Shown in pieces: positions 8,228 through 16,110 of a stretch of DNA of 64,000 nt. Source of the DNA: a virus (taxonomy: Duplodnaviria > Caudoviricetes). Position numbers and translations under genes: made by a program. A model generated the notes under the pieces. It ran no database searches, was not told where the DNA came from, and was given only the letters and a program-made list of their open reading frames with translations. Each line of letters opens with the position of its first letter. Positions within the stretch are counted from its first letter, which is position 1. The stretch spans positions 1 to 64,000 of the IMG/VR virus record IMGVR_UViG_3300021387_000682, one strand, 5' to 3'.

Positions 8228-8545
8228 ATGAGAAGAAGATTTGGGTATTTGCTTTATTACATACCAAAGTTTGCAAGAATGGTAGCGAAAGCATACATCT
8301 GGCAAGAATTAGGTGTGAAATTAAGAAACAACTTTCCAGAAGTGCAAAGCGTATTGGATACCGGAAAGGCAGTGGAAGTTAGGTTCTCATCAACATCAAA
8401 GACAATGTATGAAGATGAGATATTTTTCAAGAAACTAGAGGATGCTGGAGTAGAGAGGAATAAAAGACCATCACTATATACAACATTCATATTCAAGAAG
8501 GATCCAACAATAAAGGTTAGCGCAGATGGAATAGACTACCTATGA
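8228..8545 (+). CDS. hypothetical protein
   Basis: 105-aa ORF with ATGA overlap to the primase start. Confidence 0.7.
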   Translation: MRRRFGYLLYYIPKFARMVAKAYIWQELGVKLRNNFPEVQSVLDTGKAVEVRFSSTSKTMYEDEIFFKKLEDAGVERNKRPSLYTTFIFKKDPTIKVSADGIDYL

Positions 8546-9441
8546 TGAACGAGATCGAAATATATGAGAGGATTATGGGGCATTCAATAAAACTGTCCCA
8601 TCTCTACAAATCGCCTTTCAGACCAGAAACGCGACCATCATTATCGTTCTTTAGACACAGAAGTGGGTACATAAAATGGAAGGACTTTGGCTCAGGAGAG
8701 CCAGCAGGAAACGTATATGACTTCGTAGGTAAATACATCAACTCTACGAACATTGAGGCTATAAAGATGTTCATCTATGGGTCATCAACGCAAGACAATG
8801 CGTATAAGGAGAGGAAAATATACAAACTAACACCAAGAAAGGAAACAAACCTTGAGATAAAAACGAAACGATGGGAACAAAGAGAGCTCGATTATTGGCT
8901 GCAATTCGGGATAGATAAGCAGTCTTTAAAGAAGTTCAATGTGTTTCCTCTACAACACTATTATATCAATGATATAAAGACAACAAACAACAAAGGATTA
9001 ATGTTTGCAGAAATAGTAAACGACCATGTAAAGGTGTACAGACCAGATACACCAGCAATGAAATGGAAATCCAATGTTACGAAAAGTGATGTCTTTGGGC
9101 TTGAGCAGCTAAAGGTAAAAGACAATGAGCCTATAGTTATAACTAAAGCCTTAAAGGATGTAATGGTACTAGACAAACTGGGATATAATGCAATAGCACC
9201 CCAGTCAGAAACATCAGATCTTTCATGTACGGCAAAAGAAGTCATTAAAGGACACAAAATATACGTCCTGTTCGATAACGACGAGACGGGATTAAAAAGA
9301 GGCAAGGAACTAGCCGAAGAGTACGGAGCAACAGCAATCTTCATACCAGAAGAATATAATAGTAAAGATATCTCCGACTTGGTTAGAGACCACGGAATAG
9401 AAACCGCAAAAGAATTTCTAAAGAACACAATAGAGGGTTAG
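8542..9441 (+). CDS. dnaG: DNA primase (DnaG-like, TOPRIM)
   Basis: Cys-less zinc-finger-like region SPFRPETRPS...WKDFG; TOPRIM IVITKALKDVM and YVLFDNDETG (DxD). Confidence 0.85.
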   Translation: MMNEIEIYERIMGHSIKLSHLYKSPFRPETRPSLSFFRHRSGYIKWKDFGSGEPAGNVYDFVGKYINSTNIEAIKMFIYGSSTQDNAYKERKIYKLTPRKETNLEIKTKRWEQRELDYWLQFGIDKQSLKKFNVFPLQHYYINDIKTTNNKGLMFAEIVNDHVKVYRPDTPAMKWKSNVTKSDVFGLEQLKVKDNEPIVITKALKDVMVLDKLGYNAIAPQSETSDLSCTAKEVIKGHKIYVLFDNDETGLKRGKELAEEYGATAIFIPEEYNSKDISDLVRDHGIETAKEFLKNTIEG

Positions 9442-9496
9442 TCTCCACGGAGGCTAGCCCTTCATTGTTTATAATCAACCAAATAAAATCAAAAAC

Positions 9497-9709
9497 ATGC
9501 AAACAACAATCAGAGGAAAAATCGAAAGGCTTACAGATGAGCTTTTCAAAGTAATGCCAGATGGCATAATCGTAGAAAAGACAAAGAATTACCAGGAGAT
9601 TACAGCCAAGTACAACAACAGAGAGGCAGTAATAACTGGTGACATGAGTTATTCTCAGGTACACGGAACAGTGACAATCAAACCAACAGAAATCTTAATC
9701 AAAATATAA
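9497..9709 (+). CDS. small hypothetical protein
   Basis: A-rich leader; 70 aa; abuts the next gene. Confidence 0.65.
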   Translation: MQTTIRGKIERLTDELFKVMPDGIIVEKTKNYQEITAKYNNREAVITGDMSYSQVHGTVTIKPTEILIKI

Positions 9710-9710
9710 A

Positions 9711-10943
9711 ATGAAGAGAATAGTAGACGAGGTAACATCAAACATGTCTGTTTACGAGGAGAACGGAACAGCAATATCAATTTTCAGAAACGGCACAATC
9801 AAAGAGTGCAAAGGCTACAAGAAAGTTGGCGCCTACAAAGAGATAGAAACAACGGCAGAACAAGACGCAGTAATCAACGAAATTCTGGGAGTAGATCCAA
9901 CAACAGACGAGGAGGTATTCCAGAAGTTAAAGAGCATTGATATCGAGTCAGTGTTGAAGAAGAAATTCACAAAGTCAGAAAAATTCGCCAAAGCCCTCAA
10001 GATAGCAATAGACAACGAGGAGAACCTAATAGTCTTTGGTCCTGGTGGCTACGGTAAGTCAGATATGATTCGTGAGATCCTCACAACAGCAGGCATAATG
10101 GATAAGTCATTCATCATGTCATGCGGTGAAGATACAGACGAGTCAAAACTCTATGGCGGTATAGACATACCAGCCATGAAGGAAGGCAAGCTCAGATACA
10201 ACATCAAGGACAGTTTCATAAACTACCCTATCGTAGTATTTGAGGAGTTGCTGGATGCTCAGGTAAATGCATTACTCTCACTTAAGGATACTCTTGAAGC
10301 AAGAGAATTCAGAAAGGGATCTCAGAGGCAGAAAATCAGAACCAAGATGGTAATCGCACTGACGAATAAATCGCCAGAGGAGGTAAGCCAGATGGGTCCA
10401 TATGCAGAGGCTCTTATGCAGCGATTCAGAATTGAGTTGGAACATAAGTGGAGCTCACATACAAGAAGTGACTACATGGAGCTGCTGCATGGAAGGTTTA
10501 AGCCAAGCACAGACAAAGACAAGAAGATTATCAATGCAATGTCTGGAATCTTGGAGACAATATCCAAGAAGAAGGAATGCATCTGTCCGAGAATCGCAAT
10601 AGCAGCCACAAAGGTTGCGTTAAGTGCAGGCTCAAGCAATGTGGAGGATATCCTAAACAACATATCATTTGTCCACGGATTGGCTGGTATGGAAGACACC
10701 TACGAGACCATGAGAAGAGACATGATGATAAGTGAGGAGATCTCCAAGATACAAGAAGCATACGGCAAGATAGAAGAAATAGAGGACGACAGTCACACAG
10801 ACAGCGTCGAGAAGATATCGCAACTCAACGAGATCATAAAGAACGTAGGAAGAATGAACGTTCATGACGAAGTCTACAACCAAAAAGACAGCGTCGTTGA
10901 GCACGCGAAAGATCTGGTAAATCGTATAGCAAGTAGCATATGA
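9711..10943 (+). CDS. MoxR/RavA-like AAA+ ATPase
   Basis: Walker A GPGGYGKS, Walker B variant VVFEE, sensor region TNK...ALMQRF; overlaps the VWA gene. Confidence 0.8.
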   Translation: MKRIVDEVTSNMSVYEENGTAISIFRNGTIKECKGYKKVGAYKEIETTAEQDAVINEILGVDPTTDEEVFQKLKSIDIESVLKKKFTKSEKFAKALKIAIDNEENLIVFGPGGYGKSDMIREILTTAGIMDKSFIMSCGEDTDESKLYGGIDIPAMKEGKLRYNIKDSFINYPIVVFEELLDAQVNALLSLKDTLEAREFRKGSQRQKIRTKMVIALTNKSPEEVSQMGPYAEALMQRFRIELEHKWSSHTRSDYMELLHGRFKPSTDKDKKIINAMSGILETISKKKECICPRIAIAATKVALSAGSSNVEDILNNISFVHGLAGMEDTYETMRRDMMISEEISKIQEAYGKIEEIEDDSHTDSVEKISQLNEIIKNVGRMNVHDEVYNQKDSVVEHAKDLVNRIASSI

Positions 10944-12118
10944 AAAGTAACTACATAAGAGATGCCGTAGACTATACGTATGAAAGCGCAAAGATACGGC
11001 AGGCTAGCGAAGTGATAGATCCACCGAAACATGGAACAGCAACACGTAGGTCGGAAAGAGATGCAAATGAATTTGCATTTAGACAGGTGTTGAACAAAGT
11101 CCTCGGTGGAGATGTCGCATCCGAGCAGGGCATCAGAATGTCTTCAGAGAAGTTTATTAGCAACAAAAATGTTAAAGACTTCCTGCTCGGAGAAAAGATT
11201 GACAGAGGCAAGATAAGCCCAATGGAGAAAGCAAAGGCATCAGTTCAAATGCTACTTAAGGGTGAAAGCCCAAATAGCGTAAAGCAAAAACTTAAAAACG
11301 CAGAAGCGGCAAAAGAAATGATGGACGGGGAGAAAGATGGGGATAAAATGAGGGGAGGTAAGGATTCTGGAGATCCATCCGGAGAGGAAATAACTGCAGC
11401 AGACATCGTTAAAGATCAATGGACTGACTTATCCAAAGTAAAGGATATGCTAACATCCTGCATAAACAAAGTAGGCTTCATAAAACGAGAAGGAAAGCTC
11501 GTTGAGAGGCCTGGCGAAATAACGATGAGGAATGTAGCTAAGTCCACGAAAGACTTGCAAAAGGCTACGCCAGAACTGTATGCAATGCCAGATATGGTAT
11601 TCGCAAGCAAGGTTGCAACAAATGAGTATATCGTAAAAAGAAAGTACGATAGAGAGTATGCTGCAGCAAATATTGTAATAGTCGAAGACGTATCTGGATC
11701 AATGAGTGGAGAACCAGAGCAATGGGCAGCAGCTGCAATCATAACAATGTTAAAGGAGGAGGCTGCTGGAAAGATGACAATAGAAGACGTTATTCTAATG
11801 GGGGATCGTGTAGATCCACTAAAGCTTGCGAATAACAAGATAGCAGAATACATAAAAAAGAGAAACCACAACTATCCAGGTGGAACAGAAAACCAACATG
11901 CAATCATAAAGGCTGCAGATATGGTGAAAGATAAGCCTGGAGCAGAAATCGTGATTCTTACAGATGGTGCATTCGATATCAGTAGAAGAATGATGGATAC
12001 TATACTGGAAAAGAAGGTAAAGGTCCATTGTCTATTGGTTGGTAACAGAAGCCGCAACATCAAAGAGTTATGCATGTGGTCTGGAGGTAAATTCGAGAAC
12101 TTCCACAGAGAGTATTAA
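10940..12118 (+). CDS. VWA-domain protein (MoxR partner)
   Basis: MIDAS motifs DVSGSM, GGT and ILTDG; C-terminal VHCLLVG. Confidence 0.85.
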   Translation: MKSNYIRDAVDYTYESAKIRQASEVIDPPKHGTATRRSERDANEFAFRQVLNKVLGGDVASEQGIRMSSEKFISNKNVKDFLLGEKIDRGKISPMEKAKASVQMLLKGESPNSVKQKLKNAEAAKEMMDGEKDGDKMRGGKDSGDPSGEEITAADIVKDQWTDLSKVKDMLTSCINKVGFIKREGKLVERPGEITMRNVAKSTKDLQKATPELYAMPDMVFASKVATNEYIVKRKYDREYAAANIVIVEDVSGSMSGEPEQWAAAAIITMLKEEAAGKMTIEDVILMGDRVDPLKLANNKIAEYIKKRNHNYPGGTENQHAIIKAADMVKDKPGAEIVILTDGAFDISRRMMDTILEKKVKVHCLLVGNRSRNIKELCMWSGGKFENFHREY

Positions 12119-12135
12119 CAAGTAAAACCAAAACT

Positions 12136-12546
12136 ATGACATTAGCAATAGTATTATTCGCAATCGTAATCGTGATGAACCTCATAATCTCATCACAGAT
12201 CGCAGACACAGAGACAATCTCAAACACATCAGACGTTAAGAGCGTTAAGCTCGAACGTGATGGTATCCGATGGAAGGGGGCAGTGAAGGTCCGTAACACA
12301 GTATTGCAGACGCAGGGACTGACATTCACAGATACATTGAAAGCTTGCTCAAAGGCAGCAGAAACAGAACTTAAAAGATTGTTAAATGGAGCTGATACTA
12401 AATCCGTATATAACGGAAAACAAGAAGATAAACCTAAGTCCGACAATCCTAAGGGAAGTGACGGAAACGGGGTTTCTAGTAAGCACAAGAAAGAAGATTC
12501 CGCAAAGGGTAATTCAAGCGAAAGCATGGAGCCTAAGCGAGGATAA
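12136..12546 (+). CDS. putative membrane-anchored or secreted hypothetical protein
   Basis: N-terminal hydrophobic LAIVLFAIVIVMNLII; A-rich leader. Confidence 0.65.
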   Translation: MTLAIVLFAIVIVMNLIISSQIADTETISNTSDVKSVKLERDGIRWKGAVKVRNTVLQTQGLTFTDTLKACSKAAETELKRLLNGADTKSVYNGKQEDKPKSDNPKGSDGNGVSSKHKKEDSAKGNSSESMEPKRG

Positions 12547-12559
12547 AGAGTGGAAGGGA

Positions 12560-12838
12560 ATGAGGTCGTATAAGATCTTGTTCCCTCCTATAATATCAAC
12601 AGAAGCATACTTCTTAGACAAGTTAAACACAATAACCTGGATAAGAAGAAAGATCAAGGAAGATTGGATTGATCTAGCAAACGAACAGAGGATCTATAGA
12701 ATGATAATAGAATCAATGCTGACAAAAGAGCTCAGTAGACTAAAGATAGATTCGTCATTCCATGGGTCATTCTACAACAACATCAACGAAGCAATAGAGC
12801 TTCAGAAGGTAATCATAGATTTACAACTACCATTTTAA
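12560..12838 (+). CDS. hypothetical protein
   Basis: In-frame ATG at 12560, just after the previous stop, within track ORF 12386-12838. Confidence 0.55.
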   Translation: MRSYKILFPPIISTEAYFLDKLNTITWIRRKIKEDWIDLANEQRIYRMIIESMLTKELSRLKIDSSFHGSFYNNINEAIELQKVIIDLQLPF

Positions 12839-12845
12839 TCAAATT

Positions 12846-13010
12846 ATGGCAAAAACATACAAAGACTCAGAGTTCGAGACAAGATCAGGTTTTAGTTTCG
12901 AAAGAAACGGCAAGAAGAAACAGATGTCTACATCAAAAAGAGACAGGTTTCAGGACAGAGAGAACAAAAGGTTCGAGAAGTATAAAGGCTGGCAATCAGT
13001 CTACGCATAA
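12846..13010 (+). CDS. small basic protein (54 aa, MAKTYKDSEFETRSG...)
   Basis: Translated by hand (below the track cutoff); A-rich leader; fills the gap between neighbouring genes exactly. Confidence 0.55.
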   Translation: MAKTYKDSEFETRSGFSFERNGKKKQMSTSKRDRFQDRENKRFEKYKGWQSVYA

Positions 13011-13021
13011 AACGCACAAAT

Positions 13022-13264
13022 ATGATAACAGAAAGAAACGAAATACTCGACATCTTTAAAGCGGAAGATAAGGAATTAGAAATGATATTCCTCCTCTTGG
13101 CAAACGAGATGTATCAAACAGACAAAATGAAGAAGGAGCTGTGGATTATGATAGTACAAATGGAAGCTCATAAGTACGACGTAGACCCACAAGCTCTGAA
13201 TGACTTCATCGAGTGGGCAGCAACAGACATCAAAGAAGTTTCATACGGAGGAAGTCTGCTCTAA
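13022..13264 (+). CDS. hypothetical protein
   Basis: 80-aa ORF with operonic spacing. Confidence 0.7.
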   Translation: MITERNEILDIFKAEDKELEMIFLLLANEMYQTDKMKKELWIMIVQMEAHKYDVDPQALNDFIEWAATDIKEVSYGGSLL

Positions 13265-13275
13265 AACAATAAAAT

Positions 13276-13369
13276 GCGAGGATGCTGAAATAGGTAGACA
13301 GGATGTCAAAAGGATCCCGAACAGCCTATGGTGGTAGGATCATTGCTGGTTCGAATCCAGCTCCTCGCA
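13276..13369 (+). tRNA. tRNA-Leu-like RNA with a collapsed anticodon arm (function uncertain; possibly a pseudo-tRNA)
   Basis: Perfect acceptor GCGAGGA/TCCTCGC with A73; Leu-type D arm CTGAAATAGGTAGACAG; T arm GCTGG-TTCGAAT-CCAGC. The central 42 nt do not form a 5-bp/7-nt anticodon arm. Confidence 0.6.
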
Positions 13370-13389
13370 CAAATTAATTAAAGCACCGT

Positions 13390-13496
13390 GTTATCGCTAC
13401 TCCGAGGTTCTACCTATGCACATAGGTCAAAGCGAGTTTTATAAAACGGGCCAGGTAGAGACTGGAGCTTTACGCAACATCTACGCGGTAGATAGC
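13390..13496 (+). ncRNA. candidate structured RNA between the two tRNA elements
   Basis: Nested pairings GTTATC/GATAGC, CTCC/GGAG and TTCTACCT/AGGTAGAG, plus local hairpins. Confidence 0.35.
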
Positions 13497-13512
13497 GTTT
13501 CATCCAGTCCAA

Positions 13513-13584
13513 GTTCTCATAGTTCAATGGATAGAACGAGGGTTTCCTAAACCCTAAATCTGAGTTCGATTCTCAGTGAGAGCA
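13513..13584 (+). tRNA. tRNA-Arg(CCU)
   Basis: Canonical cloverleaf: GTTCTCA/TGAGAGC, GTTC/GAAC, AGGGT-TTCCTAA-ACCCT, CTGAG-TTCGATT-CTCAG. No encoded CCA. Confidence 0.92.
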
Positions 13585-13614
13585 CATATGAAGTTGCAAA
13601 TCCTAGCAGCTTCG

Positions 13615-13672
13615 AGGGGAGCAACATCTGTGGGGGTTTACTGCCATTTCCCTCCACAGATGCCCCTTTTTT
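13615..13672 (+). terminator. intrinsic terminator after the tRNA cluster
   Basis: CATCTGTGG/CCACAGATG 9-bp stem plus AGGGG/CCCCT, followed by a T-run. Confidence 0.6.
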
Positions 13673-13747
13673 ACTCGCAAACTTTCACCATAACCAATCT
13701 AAACTAGATTTTTGCAAACGAAAACCAAAAACATAGTATAATAAAAG

Positions 13748-13779
13748 TTTGCATAGTTCAGAAATTTTTAATATCTTTG
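13748..13779 (+). promoter_or_regulatory. Bacteroidota primary-sigma promoter
   Basis: TTTG (13748-51), N20, TATCTTTG (13772-79); matches the -33/-7 consensus. Confidence 0.75.
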
Positions 13780-13785
13780 TATTAT

Positions 13786-14727
13786 ATGAAAACAGACAGT
13801 TATTACACAGACAAAAGTAGGGTGAACAACTCTGCTTTAGGGTACTTTCTTAAGTCTCCGCGACTATTTCACAAGATGATGACCGAAGATGTAGAGCAAG
13901 AAAGTAAAACCTCATTAGAATTCGGAACGGCTTTGCACATGTATGTTTTACAGCCTGATGAATTTAAGCACACCTACCGCATTGCAGACTTCGAAATTCC
14001 TCGTTTAAGCCAACAAAAGGCCTTCTGCGAAGAGTTTATCAGACTCAGGGAGAGAGGCCCTAGAATCGCAGCTTTTGAGGCTTATAAGGCATCTTACGCA
14101 ACCAAAGGTAAGAGTGACGATAAGATAGCATCTGAATCTATAGCTTTATTGCTTAGATATAAGACGTACATTCAGTCTTGCGATGGCAGAAAGTATCTCA
14201 CATGGAGTCAGTTCAATAAAATCAAAGACCTATACAAAGAGGCAATGAAACACAAGTTCGCAAAGACATTACTAGAAACTAAAGGAGAGTGTGAGTATCA
14301 CATCAACTGGGAATGCTGTGGTGTTGATTGCAAGTCACTGCTTGACAAGGTAATAATAGATGAGGATTCTAAGACTATTACACTTATAGATTTGAAGACT
14401 ACATCACATATAGCAACATTTAAGGATTCAGTTGATACATACGACTACTTTAGACAGATGCAGTTCTATAAGATGGCTCTTAAGTATCTTATAGATAATG
14501 GATTCTATAAGTATAAGTTTGATGAGTTTACATTCAGATGCTACATAATAGCATTTGATACATCAGATACTAAGGAAGTAAAGGTATTTGATATGCTTAA
14601 CGGTATGGTTGATAAGGAGGAGCAGATTAAGTCAATCCTTACGCAGATTAAGTGGCATATGGATAATAATTTGTGGGACCATTCAAGAGAATATTATGAA
14701 GGTGAAGGCATTGAAACGCTTGCGTAG
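13786..14727 (+). CDS. PD-(D/E)XK exonuclease (DUF3799/RecE-like)
   Basis: EFGTALHMYVL, CKSLLDKV...IDLKTT and YDYFRQMQFY motifs. ATG at 13786 is preferred because the TTG at 13777 lies in the promoter -7 box. Confidence 0.85.
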   Translation: MKTDSYYTDKSRVNNSALGYFLKSPRLFHKMMTEDVEQESKTSLEFGTALHMYVLQPDEFKHTYRIADFEIPRLSQQKAFCEEFIRLRERGPRIAAFEAYKASYATKGKSDDKIASESIALLLRYKTYIQSCDGRKYLTWSQFNKIKDLYKEAMKHKFAKTLLETKGECEYHINWECCGVDCKSLLDKVIIDEDSKTITLIDLKTTSHIATFKDSVDTYDYFRQMQFYKMALKYLIDNGFYKYKFDEFTFRCYIIAFDTSDTKEVKVFDMLNGMVDKEEQIKSILTQIKWHMDNNLWDHSREYYEGEGIETLA

Positions 14728-14845
14728 TATTAAGTTTAACTTAGTATTTGCATTTACAGTATTTACAATAATGTTGTTATGGATTGCAGTTGCAGCAGTA
14801 TGCACTGGAATATTCATTGGAGTTTGTATGCTTTTTGGATTTTAG
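14711..14845 (+). CDS. small membrane protein (44 aa)
   Basis: TTG start near the previous stop; almost entirely hydrophobic. Confidence 0.45.
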   Translation: MKRLRSIKFNLVFAFTVFTIMLLWIAVAAVCTGIFIGVCMLFGF

Positions 14846-14856
14846 TATAATAATAT

Positions 14857-16029
14857 ATGAAGTTAATTGAAAGTAAGGCTGAGCTCATACAGCAAAAACC
14901 AGGATTGTGTGGTATATATGAGCAAATAGAGATAGCTGGTCGTACCTGCTACAAGAGCGAAGGTAAGATGGCTGAAAATCATAAGGCATTTGTAGATAGG
15001 ATGATTAAGTCTAAGCACTATGCAATGCTTGAGCATGGTACAGTATATTTCTGGAATCCTGTTGATAGCGAAGACTTCCAGGCTATAAGAGATAAGTATT
15101 CTGCAAACAAATACTCAGAGGTTAGGGCAGATGGTCAGGCTATCACGACCAATTATCGTGTGATTATAGAGAATGGCTGGGAAGATGACCTGTATATGTT
15201 GATTAATGAGCCTACAGAATACCATGCAAAGCGTATAACCATGCGTTTTACATGCGACAGAGGTATATCACATGAGTTGGTAAGACATAGAGTATTCTCA
15301 TTTGCGCAGGAATCTACTAGATACTGCAACTATAGTAAAGGCAAGTTTGGCGGTGAGCTCACATATATACTGCCAACATTCCTTGAGTCACAGATTAACC
15401 CAGGGCAGTACAACTTCGACAGTAAATCATTCAAGGCATATACTGGCGATGCAGTTATTGACCTAGAGGAGAATAGTAATAGAGTTAGATTCATCTGGCA
15501 ATGCTTATCCGCAGAGATGGCATATAAAGATATGCTTGATAACTCACTTTCACCACAAGAAGCTAGGTCTATACTCCCAAACTGCCTTAAAACAGAGGTT
15601 GTAGTGACTGGATTCCTTGATGACTGGAAACATTTCTTTGACTTGAGACTTAAAGGTACTACAGGTAGGCCCCATCCAGACATGGAAAATCTTGCATCTA
15701 AGGCTTATGCAGTGCTCACTGATGCTTCTTACTATGAAAGGGTAGATAAGCCCTTAGAGAGCAAATTTGAGTCCTTAAATGAGACGTCAGAGGCTCCAAG
15801 TGAGGTAGCCGCAGACATGGTTAACCATCCACCACACTATGAGGGTAAGTTTGAATGTATAGATGTGATGGAAGACTGCTATGGAGATGAGGCTGTTAAG
15901 GCATTCTGCTTAGGCAATGCATTCAAATATATATATAGATGCAATAAGAAGTTCAACAAACTTGAAGATGTAGAGAAAGCTATATGGTATTTGAATAGGT
16001 ATGTATCAATGGCACGTAAAAAGAAGTAA
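14857..16029 (+). CDS. thyX: flavin-dependent thymidylate synthase ThyX fused to a C-terminal DUF3310 domain
   Basis: H.SMLEH-like HYAMLEH and the ThyX motif ELVRHRVFSFAQESTRY; C-terminal DMVNHPPHY...FCLGNAFKYIYR...EDVEKAIWYL. Confidence 0.9.
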   Translation: MKLIESKAELIQQKPGLCGIYEQIEIAGRTCYKSEGKMAENHKAFVDRMIKSKHYAMLEHGTVYFWNPVDSEDFQAIRDKYSANKYSEVRADGQAITTNYRVIIENGWEDDLYMLINEPTEYHAKRITMRFTCDRGISHELVRHRVFSFAQESTRYCNYSKGKFGGELTYILPTFLESQINPGQYNFDSKSFKAYTGDAVIDLEENSNRVRFIWQCLSAEMAYKDMLDNSLSPQEARSILPNCLKTEVVVTGFLDDWKHFFDLRLKGTTGRPHPDMENLASKAYAVLTDASYYERVDKPLESKFESLNETSEAPSEVAADMVNHPPHYEGKFECIDVMEDCYGDEAVKAFCLGNAFKYIYRCNKKFNKLEDVEKAIWYLNRYVSMARKKK

Positions 16030-16032
16030 GAC

Positions 16033-16110
16033 ATGTATAATCTTATGGCAGCAATGGTTATAATAGTATTAATCCTTATATTGAATAATATCTATGATAA
16101 GCTTAAATAA
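16033..16110 (+). CDS. 25-aa hydrophobic micro-peptide (MYNLMAAMVIIVLILILNNIYDKLK)
   Basis: Translated by hand; starts 4 nt after the thyX stop. Confidence 0.3.
   Translation: MYNLMAAMVIIVLILILNNIYDKLK

Noticed and set aside
8137-8382. Alternative-frame ORF overlapping the gene at 8228
   Set aside because: TTG start inside a hairpin and extensive overlap with a better ORF.
10940-12118. Ro60/TROVE partner for the Y-like RNA
   Set aside because: The protein is short, lacks a recognisable TROVE region and is coupled to a MoxR ATPase, so it is best read as a MoxR partner.
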